DNA of 64,000 nt from NCBI GenBank assembly GCA_035084275.1, contig CM068742.1:96286001-96350000 (forward strand), written 5' to 3'. Each line of letters starts with the position of its first letter. Within the stretch, counting starts at the first letter, position 1. The stretch is from Hydrolagus colliei (taxonomy: Eukaryota). Below the pieces are notes generated by a model, which worked only from the letters and a program-made list of their open reading frames with translations, ran no database searches and was not told where the DNA came from. Position numbers and translations under genes: made by a program. Positions 12,346 to 25,300 of this stretch are shown in pieces.

Positions 12346-13039
12346 GTGCCTTTCTGTTCACTCCTGCTGCATTTAAAGACACCAATTCCCTTTTTTGGAG
12401 TCGGCTGGATATATGCCACATTCGGAAAACCATCACCATGCTTAAGAGTATCCAAACCAAACTGAGGGATCCACCCATCTCACCCACACATGGAAATTCG
12501 AGAGATGTTTATTGGAATGGAAAGTACATTCTCTCCCTAGAGGGTCACATGTTCTGAAACACTATTCTCTGTGGAGGGCGGTACACAAGTGCAAACTGTT
12601 GTTTTTGATATATCCTGCTCCCCTAATTCTGGAAAATATGAGGTGTAGGTTGGCAAGAGCCTAGAGTACCCCAGAGTGTGTGTTGGGAGTATTGCTGGAG
12701 TCTAAACAGCCCCCCCAAAATGCATAGCTTGCTATTGAGAGCATTGCCTGGTAAGCTTCCCCAAATTTGACCATCTAAACCATCTTCCTGCCCACAGCTG
12801 GGGCACATATCTGTTCCAATTGCACGATAGGAAGGGATTTCCCATTTCCATTTAAAGTGTTTTGAGCCACACTGGCTTCCAGATCATTGCTGTTATCCAG
12901 TCAAACAAACAAATCACCTATAAGTTGATTTTCTTTTGGACTCGGGTATCTCGCACTAATCCTCGCACTGAATATTCTCTTAATATTTACGTTGTAGTTA
13001 GTGATTACAGTAATAGTTTTGAGGGATGCATTACTTTAA

Positions 13040-13215
13040 CATCAGGCTAGGAAGGTGAAATTCAGCCAAAGTTTCTGCGCTTGATCACCACTCAGCATTG
13101 CTTGCATGTGTATGTGTGAATATTGGGAGAATATTCCAGCTGTGATGCCCTTCAGACTCTCGTTGTCCAGGTTCTGTTGTAAAAAGAAGAATCACTTGAG
13201 TAGGATACTGGCATT
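13040..13215 (+). mobile_element. Ancient tRNA-SINE remnant (AmnSINE2-like); related pieces at about 35320-35530 and 36805-36870
   Basis: ggctaggaagg..aaattcagcca..tgatcac..gtgtgtga..gctgtgatgccc; the 35350 copy has gagttagctgatctcag; family name from recall only. Confidence 0.5.
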
Positions 13216-13495
13216 GCCATTAATTTTTAACTAATTGGCACAGGTTGGTACTAAAAATACTCCCAGTTACCGGTCTGTCCCTCCAAGACTTGCTGACAAG
13301 ACAGGCTGGTTGGTCTGTTAATGGCAGTGCCCTGGAATACTGCAAACCCGCCTGGCTCAGGAACTGGACGACCGATCATTTCCAACATTTCATTGCCGAA
13401 CGTGACAACTTGGAGCCAATTCAGCTCCAAAGAGACACTGCTTATCTCCCCCCAGGAGAACAGTGACATTCTGGCACAAAGGACACATTGTATTG

Positions 13496-13668
13496 ACACA
13501 AAAACAGAAGTTGCTGGGAATACTCAGCAGGTCAGGCATCAATGGAGAAAGGAATGTGAGTCAACGTTTCTGGTCTACGCCGCGTTGTCAAAACGCATTA
13601 TGTTTATGTTGAGTGAGGACAAGACTGGGACAGACATCCAGCATCTGCAATATTTTGCGTTTTGTTTT
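13496..13668. mobile_element. Penelope-like terminal-repeat remnant
   Basis: acaaaaacagaagttgctgg..actcagcaggtcaggcatc..gagtcaacgtttc...ccagcatctgcaatattttgc with loosely inverted ends; family recognised from recall of chondrichthyan repeats. Confidence 0.55.
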
Positions 13669-15049
13669 TAGAATAGTGGCATGTTGAACATATACTGTAA
13701 TATGTTACATACAACAAGTTCTCTCCACATCTGAATGGAGTTGGAACACTTGTGAAGCCCATTAACTGAATCTAGTTTATCCATTTGGAATGAAATCCAT
13801 AACCAATTAATTAATTAATCAATTAATCAAATCAATCACCAAATGAAATCATGTCAGCATTTGTGTAACAGGAACTCTATGTGTAAAAATTATTCATTAA
13901 ATTCGCAAGTGATTTTCAGAAAGCGATTCTACAATGCAGGTTTTTAGAACAGGTGGGAGCACGAGAGACATCGCAGACCCAGAGGAGGCACCCTTTTCAT
14001 CAGTTTATATTTCCCAGATCTGACAGAAATACAGATGACTTTGTGATTATCTTCAATAATCAGCCCTGAATGGATCTTGGCTGCAGCTCTGCCACAACTC
14101 TGACTCTGTTTCTGCCCACAAAGGTCACAGCATCTCTCACTTCTTTTTGCCTGAGGCTTATTTCAGATAACTGGGAGGCATATCTGGTGTCAGCCAAGCA
14201 TTCCCGTTCCACTGGATGTCTCAGGTGACTGCTGCCATTGTTAAGAAATCAAGTAATTATACTGGTTTCCAAGAGGCCAGAAGCAGCAGCAGGTCAGATG
14301 CCAGAAGCAGAAGGCAGTGTTTCAGAGCTGCCTATCACCCAATGACTGCACACATTACTGTCACACTGATATCCTTCAGGAAGCAGCTGGAGCCATGAAT
14401 ATTCAGGCTCCTCCGTATAATCTGGTGAGAACTGTGAAAGCAAAACATGTGGTGACTTTGTCGAAACTCTGCATTTGAAGTGTGTGCTTCCATATGTGCC
14501 TCTAGCATTGTAAGGTGCCTCTATTATTAGATTTGAGAGGAGAAAAATAGGTTAGCAACCCACCCTGCTCAAAAGGACACATTGTGTTGATGTTGAGGGA
14601 GGACAGGGCTGGCTGTACATCCTCCTTTACACCACTCACCAGCTGTTTTGCCAACATGGGCTCACCATTTGAAAACATACGAGGAATATTCACCTGGGTG
14701 AACTAGCTGAAGATTTACTCTTGTAGAAATGTATTCTCGAGTCATGACATTCAGGGAAGGAGAGAAAAGCAGAGCAACCTGGGAAATGTAAATCACTTTG
14801 ATACAGCTCTCTGGTTTGTTATGACATGGGTGGGCTGTACAACATGTATTATAAGTGATTTAATAATCCTCTTGTGGATGGAAACTTTCTCAATGAACAT
14901 TCAGTTACATAAACACACTAGAAAGAATATGTGGATTGAGTTAATTGTTACTCACAGAGGTCAGTGTCAGTGATGTGATCGGGAATCAGAACTATCCACC
15001 AGATTATACAGTCAGTTCACAGGCTATTCCCAATGAGAAGTTGTTGGTA

Positions 15050-15352
15050 GTTCAATTGGTTCATGAGTCAGTGATTGGTGGGGATCAATTTAAAACAGTT
15101 AGCAAGGTAACAGAGGGGAGATTAGGAAGATTTGTTTTACACAGGAGTTGTTAGAATGTGGAATGCACTGCAGGCCATGGTGTCAAGGCAGGATCCATAT
15201 TAGCTTTAAAGATGAGAGATATCTAAAAAGGAATAATCTAAAGTGATAAGGATAAAAAGCGGGTAAATGGGATTAAACAATTTGCTCTTTCAAACAATCA
15301 GCACTGACACGATGGCTTGCTTCTGTGCAGTAAATTGCTGTGATTCTGTGAT
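15050..15352 (+). mobile_element. CR1-type LINE 3' fragment (similar remnants at about 1000-1200 and 49680-50400)
   Basis: ttttacacaggagttgttagaatgtggaatgcactg (FFTQRVV..WNAL-like) and a ctgtgattctgtgatt tail. Confidence 0.7.
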
Positions 15353-17782
15353 TGAACTACAGTATATCTTATTTTCCCCACAATATCAGTCATAGTGTTT
15401 TGTTTGAAGAAAAGACATGAAGCAGATAAAGATTGAGTAAAAGTCTACTGACATTTTTAATCAATAATTTTTTGCACAAGGTGTCATTCAGACACATCTA
15501 TTGATCTCTCCATATTCAGCATTTCTGTGAGCAGACCATGGGTGTTCTAACAGTACAAACATCTGCATAGTCTGAACAGTTGTACAAGATATAGGCTAAA
15601 GTGATTCACTTTTACTAAAAGCTCCTAGATTTGCTGAGGAACTCTGAAAGCAAAAGTGCAACAGATAATGAAGCAACAAGAAAGAAATGTCAATGTGAGA
15701 TCAAGTCTAATCAACAGTTGCCATGGAAATGACAACACTGAAAACCCCAGAGGTAAACCACCAAATTAGTTTCCTTCTCCAACACTGGGCTCTGAACATT
15801 TGGAAACTAAAAGGATTTCTCAGCATTTGCAGGTTCTGCCAGGTGTTGCCCTGTGCACACGTCAAACCCCAATAGTGCCCTTTCTGCCATCAAATCCATG
15901 TTTTGTCTTGCAGACCACATCGCCTGGTCATGGATCATTTTAAGGAGAGCAAGATAGCAGCTGCTACAGTCAAGTGTCAATGACAAAAAGCTCATTCAAA
16001 GCAATGCAAGTGTTTTAAACCCTTTAAACTCCATTATAACCCAACACTAAAGGTATATTTTTTTTGGTGGGGAGGTGAGTGTTAAGGAGCTAGTTATTGT
16101 CAGATTTAGCGATATAGATTTGGGTAAATCTGGGTATTTGTGGAGCTTATTAACACATTGTGTTATTAACACATTAATAACATGATCTATTTGTTGACAC
16201 ATCTCTATGAGTTGTTTAGAGAACATTTGACATATTTTTCACTCCACTAAACTGCTCAGATTAGACATTATACCTGCCTACACTGTGTCTATTACTCATT
16301 ACTTCCCCCTCCTCCGCACCTTACCTAATACAATCACATTCCCACTCCAAAATGAGACAATGCAAGTGCTATTGACTTTACAGAAACAACAACTTGCATT
16401 GAGTCCATGATGAGTGGCAGCATCTCAGAGCACTTGAAATATCTAGTGCTGTACACAATGCTGGTGCGAATAATGCGCTCTTTGACAGATTTGTGGAGGC
16501 TAGATAGTGCCTTTCCACTTGAGCACTAAATTTCACCCACAAAATATAGCATCTATTCATTTTACAGTATATTCTGTGAAGCGCTTTAAGACATCTCAAA
16601 GATGTGAGAAGGTGTAATATCAAATGTAAAGATTATTAATATTACGATATTTGTCAAATGTAACCTCTGATTCCATTTCACTTAACAAGTTATAACATTT
16701 GACTTCTTAAGCCTTTGGCTTCAGTGTGGCAGCTCATTCCAGCTACATGGTGGTGATGAAGGGCAATTTGGGAATTATCTAACTTGCTGCTCAGCTATCG
16801 GAAGAGGATATACAGAACACTGAAATTCCATGAATATGATAGATATCCAGCAATTCAATCACAGGAATTCAGTGTTTGGATCTTTCGTAAGTTACCTTGG
16901 CCCAGCTTGACATCCAAGCAAAACATTGGTATGTTTGTATTCGGGGGCTGAAGATACTGTATTACTCGTGAGCACTGATTAATTGGGATATAAAGCTAAT
17001 TGCAGAACTGAAAACTGTGGGGGTTTTAACGTTCCAGCGATTAGAACATTAAAGTTACTCAGGAAAACTATAAGAATATTATGGATCTCACAGTGTATTG
17101 TCTAGGTTCCAGGTTCAATGTGGGAGCTGATCATTGAATGGTCCAGCACATTTTTAAGGGAAAAATGGTTCCAGCAATTAGAATTTGATCTCAATGAAAC
17201 ATGAAAATAATCCTTGAACTCACATCATCATATTTTGTATTAAACAATTACATTATGTAAATGTTCACCATTTTCTGTGATGTACATTTGCCAGATTATC
17301 ATAAAATCTGCAATATGAAGACATCTGGTCTAGGCAATGAACAAAGCGGAATGAAATCAAGTACAAACATCGTAAGTAGCAGTGTGCAGTTGTTGGAAAT
17401 GGTTTATTACCCAGTGTCAATTGGAAAAGCATCGTTGTTTTAGCAATTATTGCTTTTAACGATGCTCAGTATGGATTGTAGGGGAACAAAATGCATTTAC
17501 TTACAACGTTCAGAATTTACCACGGATAAATCTCGCAGCCTAGAATACCCCCCACTCACCACCATAACCCCATTTGCAACAAAACACTTGCTTTGCACTG
17601 AATACTAAGTGTGTCACTGGCTGCATTAATGTGGCACTAATATCTCTATTAATTTATGCCCATCATAAGCTGCAAAACACTCCACAGAGCTACAAACTGT
17701 TTGCTTGCAGCACATCTCTTTTTTTACATATGAACCTACCAACCTGGTTGAGGCTGGTATCCCCAAAAAACCTCACAACATT

Positions 17783-17832
17783 GTGTGTGTATGTGTGTGT
17801 GTATGTGTGTGTGTATATATATATATATATAT
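17783..17832. repeat. (TG)n/(TA)n compound microsatellite
   Basis: Read directly. Confidence 0.95.
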
Positions 17833-18029
17833 CCCTTCAATCCAGAATTGCATTTGGTAAATGTAGGGGGTGCAATTATCACTTTGCTTTGTAAAATGGA
17901 TAAAACAGCCAATGCACGACTAAAAGGCTACCAATTATCATACTCGATGTGAAATGTGCTATACAAATGTAATTTTGCTGTTGTTGTACTCTATTGCTTC
18001 AGTAATCTGTAGATTGAATTATGCTACAG

Positions 18030-19339
18030 CCTCAGTATAAAACACAGTAACTTCATTTGTACACGTGGTGATACGAGGAGCAAATCTTCAATATTTACAA
18101 AGTCTGCATTTGAAAATCATATAAATTAAAAAATACACTTCTAATCAATCTTAGATAAAACACATTACAATGTTCACATAAAAGTATAAATTATATACAC
18201 AAGATAAGTTAACCACAATACAATGTCTGGTCTTATCTAAAGAAATAGTACAAAAAGATAATGGCAGGACTGACCAACCACCCATCAAAGTCTTGTCTTA
18301 CAAAAGTACGTACAGCATTTAGCCAGTGAATCTCTGACATTGCAGTCTTTCTGCATCATGTTCATTACCTTTTCTAGTTTAGATTTCTATGTGGTACATC
18401 TTCAAAAAATGTTAAGTGCTTAGAGCTACTGTAGACAAGACAGAGACATCTAAGAAAACAAGGTATTGCACAAGTCAGAACTTTGTTGTGACTTGCTGCC
18501 AATTAAACATTTGTTGGGCGCTTGACTTATTATTTACAACTTGCGTCAAATCGATCCTGCGCGGATCCTGTAGAACCGCTACACGCATTGCTGCTGCTGA
18601 CAAAGTAGGCTCTATTTGTCTCTGTAATAATGTCACACAAAATGCTCTTTTAGATCCTACACACACATGCTCTCCCCCTTACCCCCAACCTGCTCCCACT
18701 ACACACATACAATGCATTCTACCATTTTCGTTATCTAAAACGCAACCAAGACTTAAAACAGAAAGGACTAACACTGAATCATGGGCTATTTACAATGTGT
18801 TTCCATGTAAACGGTTTGGGTCATGGGTTATTGGCTATCTCCCCACTTTCAAACAAATCTACTTGCATTCCAACACTACATGTGTGTGACAATTGTCATC
18901 AACTTTATTACATTAGCAATGAGTTGGCTAACCAGCAGCAAACTCAGGGTTCAGCGTATTTTTTAAAAAAGGATAAAGAGCAGGCCAGATGCATGCTCAG
19001 CAGACAGTTCTGAGGTGTCACCTGAAACAGCAGCAAATAGTCAACTGCAAACTCTAGGGTTCAATTCGCCAACTTGACAGCTAACACCGAGGTCGAGAAC
19101 CATATTCTTAAGATTCAAATTAGCTAACATCAAGCTGGACAATATACAGCACATACTTCAGTTTGATCTGGAGTCGATGAAACATGGGCCTCCAATGTCT
19201 GTTTTGCTCTCACTGAGATCCTTCCTCTTTGGTGCTTGACATGGGAGTCCGAACTCGCTGCACTATCCCATTTCTCAAAGGCCAGTTAGTGCAAAACATG
19301 TTACAACTGGAGCCACTTGCACAGTGGTATACATCCACG
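18030..19339 (-). other. RASGEF1B: Probable RASGEF1B 3' UTR (3' end uncertain)
   Basis: Repeat-poor sequence after the stop codon that becomes AU/U-rich on the minus strand. I saw no canonical AATAAA near the likely end. A variant AATGAA at about 18052-18057 is followed by a GU/U-rich tract. Confidence 0.5.
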
Positions 19340-19364
19340 CTAAACCCTACTTAGGAGTGTTGAC
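19340..19364 (-). CDS. RASGEF1B: RASGEF1B last coding exon, (R)STLLSRV*
   Basis: tttttttctctcag|G TCA ACA CTC CTA AGT AGG GTT TAG; the phase matches the previous exon. Confidence 0.93.
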
Positions 19365-22300
19365 CTGAGAGAAAAAAATAAATACATTCATTGTTGTGTG
19401 TACAATGCAACAGTCAATACATGAACAAAGAAAGTACTGTACAAGCAATTTTATGACCTGTGACAGAAATTAATCACTTGCAAATTATGAGTAACCAGGA
19501 AAACCTCCCACTCATTTCTGAAAAATGACAGAGACTAAAAAGCTTGGGTGCCAATACCTTTAATTCCAGTTTAACAGGGACCATTTTTGTGGCCTAACTC
19601 AGTCTGGGTTATGACAGTATCTCATGAATAATGACTCTCATTTAATTAAAAACAAAAACACTTTTAACCAATAAATAGTTATTTTTGGTGAAAGAAAATT
19701 GATAAATTAACTTGCATTTGCTACAGCCTAAATTTAATTCTTAAAATCCAAGTTTGCCCTCCTCCCAAATTGCTGTCTCTATGGTTGTGTAAGCTCATCC
19801 CAAAACTAATGTTGCTATAATGTTACCTGAATACTTTAGAAGGTATTCTTGTTACAGAGAGCAAGGTGGGCTAGGGCCAGCTTTCAAGTGTATTCACCAT
19901 CTGCAAATGCATTCAGCTCCCCAAAGCACGAGGTAAACAGTTATTCCAAAATATATCCCAAGATTTACAGGGGATTGGGATGCTATTGGGATAAAATTTC
20001 TTCTCTCCTGAATTCCACTGATAAAATAGACTCTGAACCACCCCCAAAAACAATTTTTGAAAATTCTTGAGTTTCTGTTTGGTCAATAAAAAAATGTAAT
20101 GCTCCAGAGTCTTGGACTTGTTTTATTTACACTCATGAATGGAGATGTCATCTACACCTTCAGACCCAACCAAGCCAATTGTGCCAGAAGATTTTAGGCA
20201 TCTGTTGCTATGATTGGCCCTTAAAATGTTAGTACCTCCACAGTCCTATCTCTAATCCAGTCTGCCTACATATAGTGACAATGTCTTTTTATGTACTGTT
20301 TCCGTGTCTAGATCAGTGGTGGTCAACCCATGGCCCACAGACTGGAGCTGGCATAAATCAAGAGATATTCAATCAAGAGAATTTATTTTCTTGGTAAGCT
20401 ACAAAGGATGGCCACAATTGCTGCAGATGAATCAATTAGTCACATATTATCAGCAAGTTTTATCATTTTCAAAGATGTGCTTTTCATATATTCATCTACC
20501 TTAGAGTCTTCCATCTCTCCTTTTCAATGTGGTTCTCAGGTCCTTCGCTCTCATAGGAAGCCAAGTAAAGTGCTGAGGAAAAGCAGTGTATAAACATATC
20601 AGTGTACTGGATAAACATATCAGTAACAACATTAGGCATTAAATGTACAATTACATTATTTTGATAAAGAGCTCCTATCAATAATCACCCCCAAATTAAT
20701 CCCAGCAAACATGGATAGATTTACAGCAGTGTTACTGTCCCTCTTCATTGAATTTATTCATATTCAGTGTAATATAGTTCTTTCGGAAGTTAGTTTTTAA
20801 CATTTGAAGATCAGCAAAGCATTTCATAACACAAATAAATTTTATATTGCTCATTAAAAGTAATTGATGTTGGGAATCCAAATACAGTAGAAGCTCATTT
20901 ATCGTGATTCGATGAACCAGCACTTCCGTATAACCGGCACGCCAAAAAAAAGTCCCCATTCGATAAACCGTAACGTATCCGGAATAATAACTGTGGAGCA
21001 TTTGTAAATGCATAAATAATAACAGATAACAGAATATTGCATTGGTACTCATTGTTAAAAGTACTCTCTTGCGCTTCTCACCTTTACTGGTAGATGCTGC
21101 GCTTGAAGCCATGATGTTGCGGTTGAGGTTTATAGTCCAGCGATTCTTTTAAAAATGGAGGACGCCAAATGGGTGAAAAAAATGGAGCGCGACTTTAAAG
21201 CCTTACTAGCGGCAAGCCAATAACCTTAGCCGATAATCCACATTGTCACGCAGATACAGTATTTCAGTTTGCCGCTAGGTTATCGGCTTGCCGCTAGTAA
21301 AGTCACGCTGCCATTTTTTCCACCCACATGGCATCCTCCATTTAAAAAAGAATCGCTGGATTATAAACCTCAACTAGTAAAGGTGAAAAGCGCAAGAGAG
21401 TAGTTTTAATAATAAGTACCAATACAATATTCTATTATTATCTGTTATTATTTAGTCTGGTGTTTATGGTGCGTGTTAAAAAAAATTGTGGTGGGTTTTC
21501 GGCTGTGAGCCGCCCGAATATCTGGCAGGCACTTTAACCGGCAATGGCCAGGTCCCACGGGTGCCATATAAATGGGCTTTTACTGTATATAAATAAGATT
21601 TATGAAACTGAAAATCTTTTGTTGCAAAATAGACTTGAAGATACATTTATGAATACTCTTCAGTTTATTTCTGCAGAACTACAATAACTATAAATGAAAA
21701 TAGTTCAGGAACATAAAGGTTAACTTTACTTCTGGGTAAAGGCATGTAGCATTAGACCAATATAAACTGGAAACTCACAGATTTGAATTATGGTCAGTGC
21801 TGAGTTAATAATAATAATAATCTTTTCATTTGGCATAGTACCTTTTATGTCTGGAGGAGTCCCAAAGCACTGTACTGTAAAGTGGAGCATTTGTGTGTTT
21901 TGTGAGCAAATGTGGTAGCTCAATGAGCCATGGGATCTTTAACGTCCACATGAACAGGCAGACGGTACTTCCGTTTAATATCTTATCTAACGAACAGCAC
22001 CCCTACATTGCAGCACAACCGCATTGGAGTGTCAGTTTAGAGTTCCATGTCTCAACGTGGGGCTTAAATAACAACAACAAAATGACACTTGTATAGCGCC
22101 TTTCGTGTCAGGAGGACGTCCCAAGGCGCTGGAGTCACTGCTTCAGACCCGAGCTGAGTACAGGGTGCAGGGGAGTGGGGTGGGGGTGGATTAGGAGTTG
22201 CCGATCGGTTCATCGAAGAGAAGAGTCTTGAGGCGAGACTTGAAGGAGGCCAGGGAGGGGGCGAGGCGGAGGGACTGCAGGATGGAGTTCCAGAAGTTGG

Positions 22301-25300
22301 GGGCAGAATGGCTAAAGGCTCGCCCACCAATGGTGGGGTGGGTGGGTAGGGGGACGTGCAGCAGGCCAGAGCCTGCTGAGTGGAGGGGGCGGGCAGGTTG
22401 GTAATGGGAAAGGAGGTCACGGATGTGGAGTGGGACGAGGTTGTGGAGGACTTTAAATGTGAGGACCAGGATCTTAAATTGGATCCTCTGGATGATGGGG
22501 AGCCAATGGAGCTGGGCGAGGATGGGGGAGATGGGGGTCACAGAGTTTGGAACAGTAGAGGACATGGGCCGCAGATTTCTGGATTATCTATTCCTCCCTA
22601 TGGAGGGAGGAATTGGGAAGACCAACAAGCAAGGCGTTTTCATAGCTGAGCTGGGATTTAATGAAGGTGTGGATGAAGGCATGTATATGGATGTTAAACC
22701 TACAATGTTTACACTCAGAGACATGAGTGCCAGGCTGACATATTTAGCGGATAGCAGCCAGGATAGCAATTGGAGCTACAATAGACACCACAAAAAGGAA
22801 GGAAATTAATTGAACAAAAGTTGGAAACAATTTTTTCTCCTGAAAATGATTTCCTCAGAACTAAAGAATATGTTTAATTAGTGAGAAACAATCAGCCTGT
22901 TTTGTGAGCTTATGTGTAAGTCAATGTTAGGGCACAGAAGTAAATCAAGTCACCCACTTTAGAAATGATATCATATCTCAAGTATTTTCTTCATATATTA
23001 CCCGGATAAGAATACATATCAGAGATAAATTCTTCTATTTCATCTGGTCCGATTTATTTTGAATTTTTATTCCAATACTGCTATTTAAAGACGAATTTAA
23101 GTTTTATCGATGTAAGATATAAATTGCACTTTGTCCAAACAGTAAATCTTAGGCAATTAGTTTCACCAGCATTTTGTTTATTTTTAACAATTGCTCCAGT
23201 AAGGAACTGGAGTAGATTTTCTGCGGTACTAGGCTCAGCCTCTGAAAGAAAAGACGCTAATAGCACTTGTTGGAAAATATTTTTAAAATCTCCAATTGAA
23301 TTGTAGACCACAAACAGACCAATCCAATCATTGAAAATAACACTTAAGTATTTCATAGGGAAACAATTGCCTTGTGGTCTTCTCTTTTAATATGGCCATA
23401 TTTCAGAATCCCCTTGGAAGCTCAACTTGCTTTAAAAATAAATCCTCTATTTAATTGTGATAAGATTTTCCTGATCAAATTTGACGTAACAAATAATACA
23501 TTTTGTGGTTTACTGTTTGTCAATTTCTGTTATTCTGAAATGTTATGGAGTGAAATGTGTAACGTTTCATAAAAACAGAACGTATTCTTCTTTCCATGAA
23601 GGGAGATGTTGTGAAATGCTGGAATTTCAGCCCCGTTTCCAGTGTTTTAAGATGTTAGTTTTAAGATTCTAACAAGAGGAAACCCAGTTAATTAGGGTTA
23701 ATATACGTCTTACCTTTACAGACTGATTGTTCGGGCACACTTAATTTCAAAAGAAACACAGAGGCTAGTGAGGGGAAGTCACTTTAACAAATCTGGTAAC
23801 TCTCCAATTAAATGTTTGAGTTTCTGAGATGATAGAGCAGTATTAATAGACAGGGATAAACCCTGGAGGCCCATTTTATATTTAATCAGAGAAAGGCACT
23901 TACAAAATTCTCTTGAATCCCAATAATGCATTGTAAGCTATTCTGGTGGTACATTAAGGTTCTCAGATATTCCAAGAGGCATGCATTACTGAAATTGTAA
24001 CTGAATTATCAAATTATTCAAATGCTGCTGCTATAAGATATCATATGAATATAATATTGAACGATTCACCGATTTTACTTTCTACTATTTGAAAATGTGC
24101 AGATTGTGGTGCTGGTGTATATAATGCATGCATTTTTAAAACATTACAAAAAATATTTGACTTTATAACGCCTCATGCTGAAAAAACATTACAGAAGATT
24201 GATTGAGGAATTGCTACCTTAATATTTTTTCATTACAATTTCCGCCATTGCGTTTGGTGACTTACCATCTTCAGAGAAGACCGGAGCAGTGAGGAGGTAC
24301 TGAAGGATTTTACGATCACGCTCAAAGGGGCATTCGACTTGTCTCCAGGTCATAAACTCACTCACTTGCTTCGCCAGTTCCCAGAATTTCTGAAGGAAAT
24401 AGATGTCAGGCATCAAACATCACCTCATACTTCAGATTTTAATATCACAGGTTTAGGGTGAACAGCATTTTTTCTTGGTATCATATAAGACTGAACACTG
24501 CAATCTGGGCAGTAGGTTAGGCAACAATAGTGCATTGACACTGGCTGAGGGAATGTGCTGCATTGGTTTGAGAGGCAGCGCTGAATACCACAAGCATGTA
24601 CTGAGCTTCAAATGTGTTCTCTGCAGACACTGTAGTGGTACAGAGCAATGGAAAAACAATACATGGAGTACCAAGAATGGTACACTTCCAAGTTCCCTTC
24701 TCTGCTCCACTGAATTTACAATCTGAGAGACATTATGTCCCACCCCCGTGAGAACACAGCTCTAAAGCAACCTATGACCATTGGTGAGTGGCGATCTCAT
24801 ACATCTCACAGGAATTTATAAGAAATATTGGAAATGAAAAGTGAAATTATTTTTCAAGAAGCATTGCAGCTTGTGTTGACAGCACCACATTTATACCAAG
24901 GAAGCCACTGGCCTGGTAACATGTACACCCATTACTCTGGCTCTTCATTTAACACATTAGGATAATAATAATAATCTTTGCATTTGATGTAATGCTTTTC
25001 ATGCCTTCTACACATCTCAAAAGCTCTCCACATAATATACTGTGAATTGACTGCATATATTTATGGGCAAATGAGGCAGCCAATTGCACACAGCAGTGTC
25101 CCACAAATAGTTGTGGATTGAAATGTCCAATTTATTATTGTTTTTTGAGGGATTATTATTAGGCATGTGGAGTAAGGAAATTTGAGCCTTCCCTGGAATT
25201 GAACCCAAGTATCTCACGTGGTGAGTGCTCTAACCGCTGAGCTTTAGAATGGTCCAAAAATCTTTAATTGAAAGCTTAAAGCAATAGGGACCTGGATAAC

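Noticed and set aside
13245-13466. Exon-like ORF after a CAG acceptor
   Set aside because: Contains decayed L2/CR1 RT-like motifs (PSYRSV resembling YRPIS; DNLEPIQ resembling LLEPLQ) and has no partner exons.
13560-13610. Hammerhead ribozyme in the Penelope-like remnant
   Set aside because: The CTGATGA...GAAAC core is not intact on either strand.
18416-18889. 157-aa antisense ORF in the 3' UTR
   Set aside because: Non-ATG start, no recognisable domain, UTR-like composition.
20732-21112. 126-aa ORF as an intact transposase
   Set aside because: Only the first ~20 residues are transposase-like; the rest reads through the TIR and flank.
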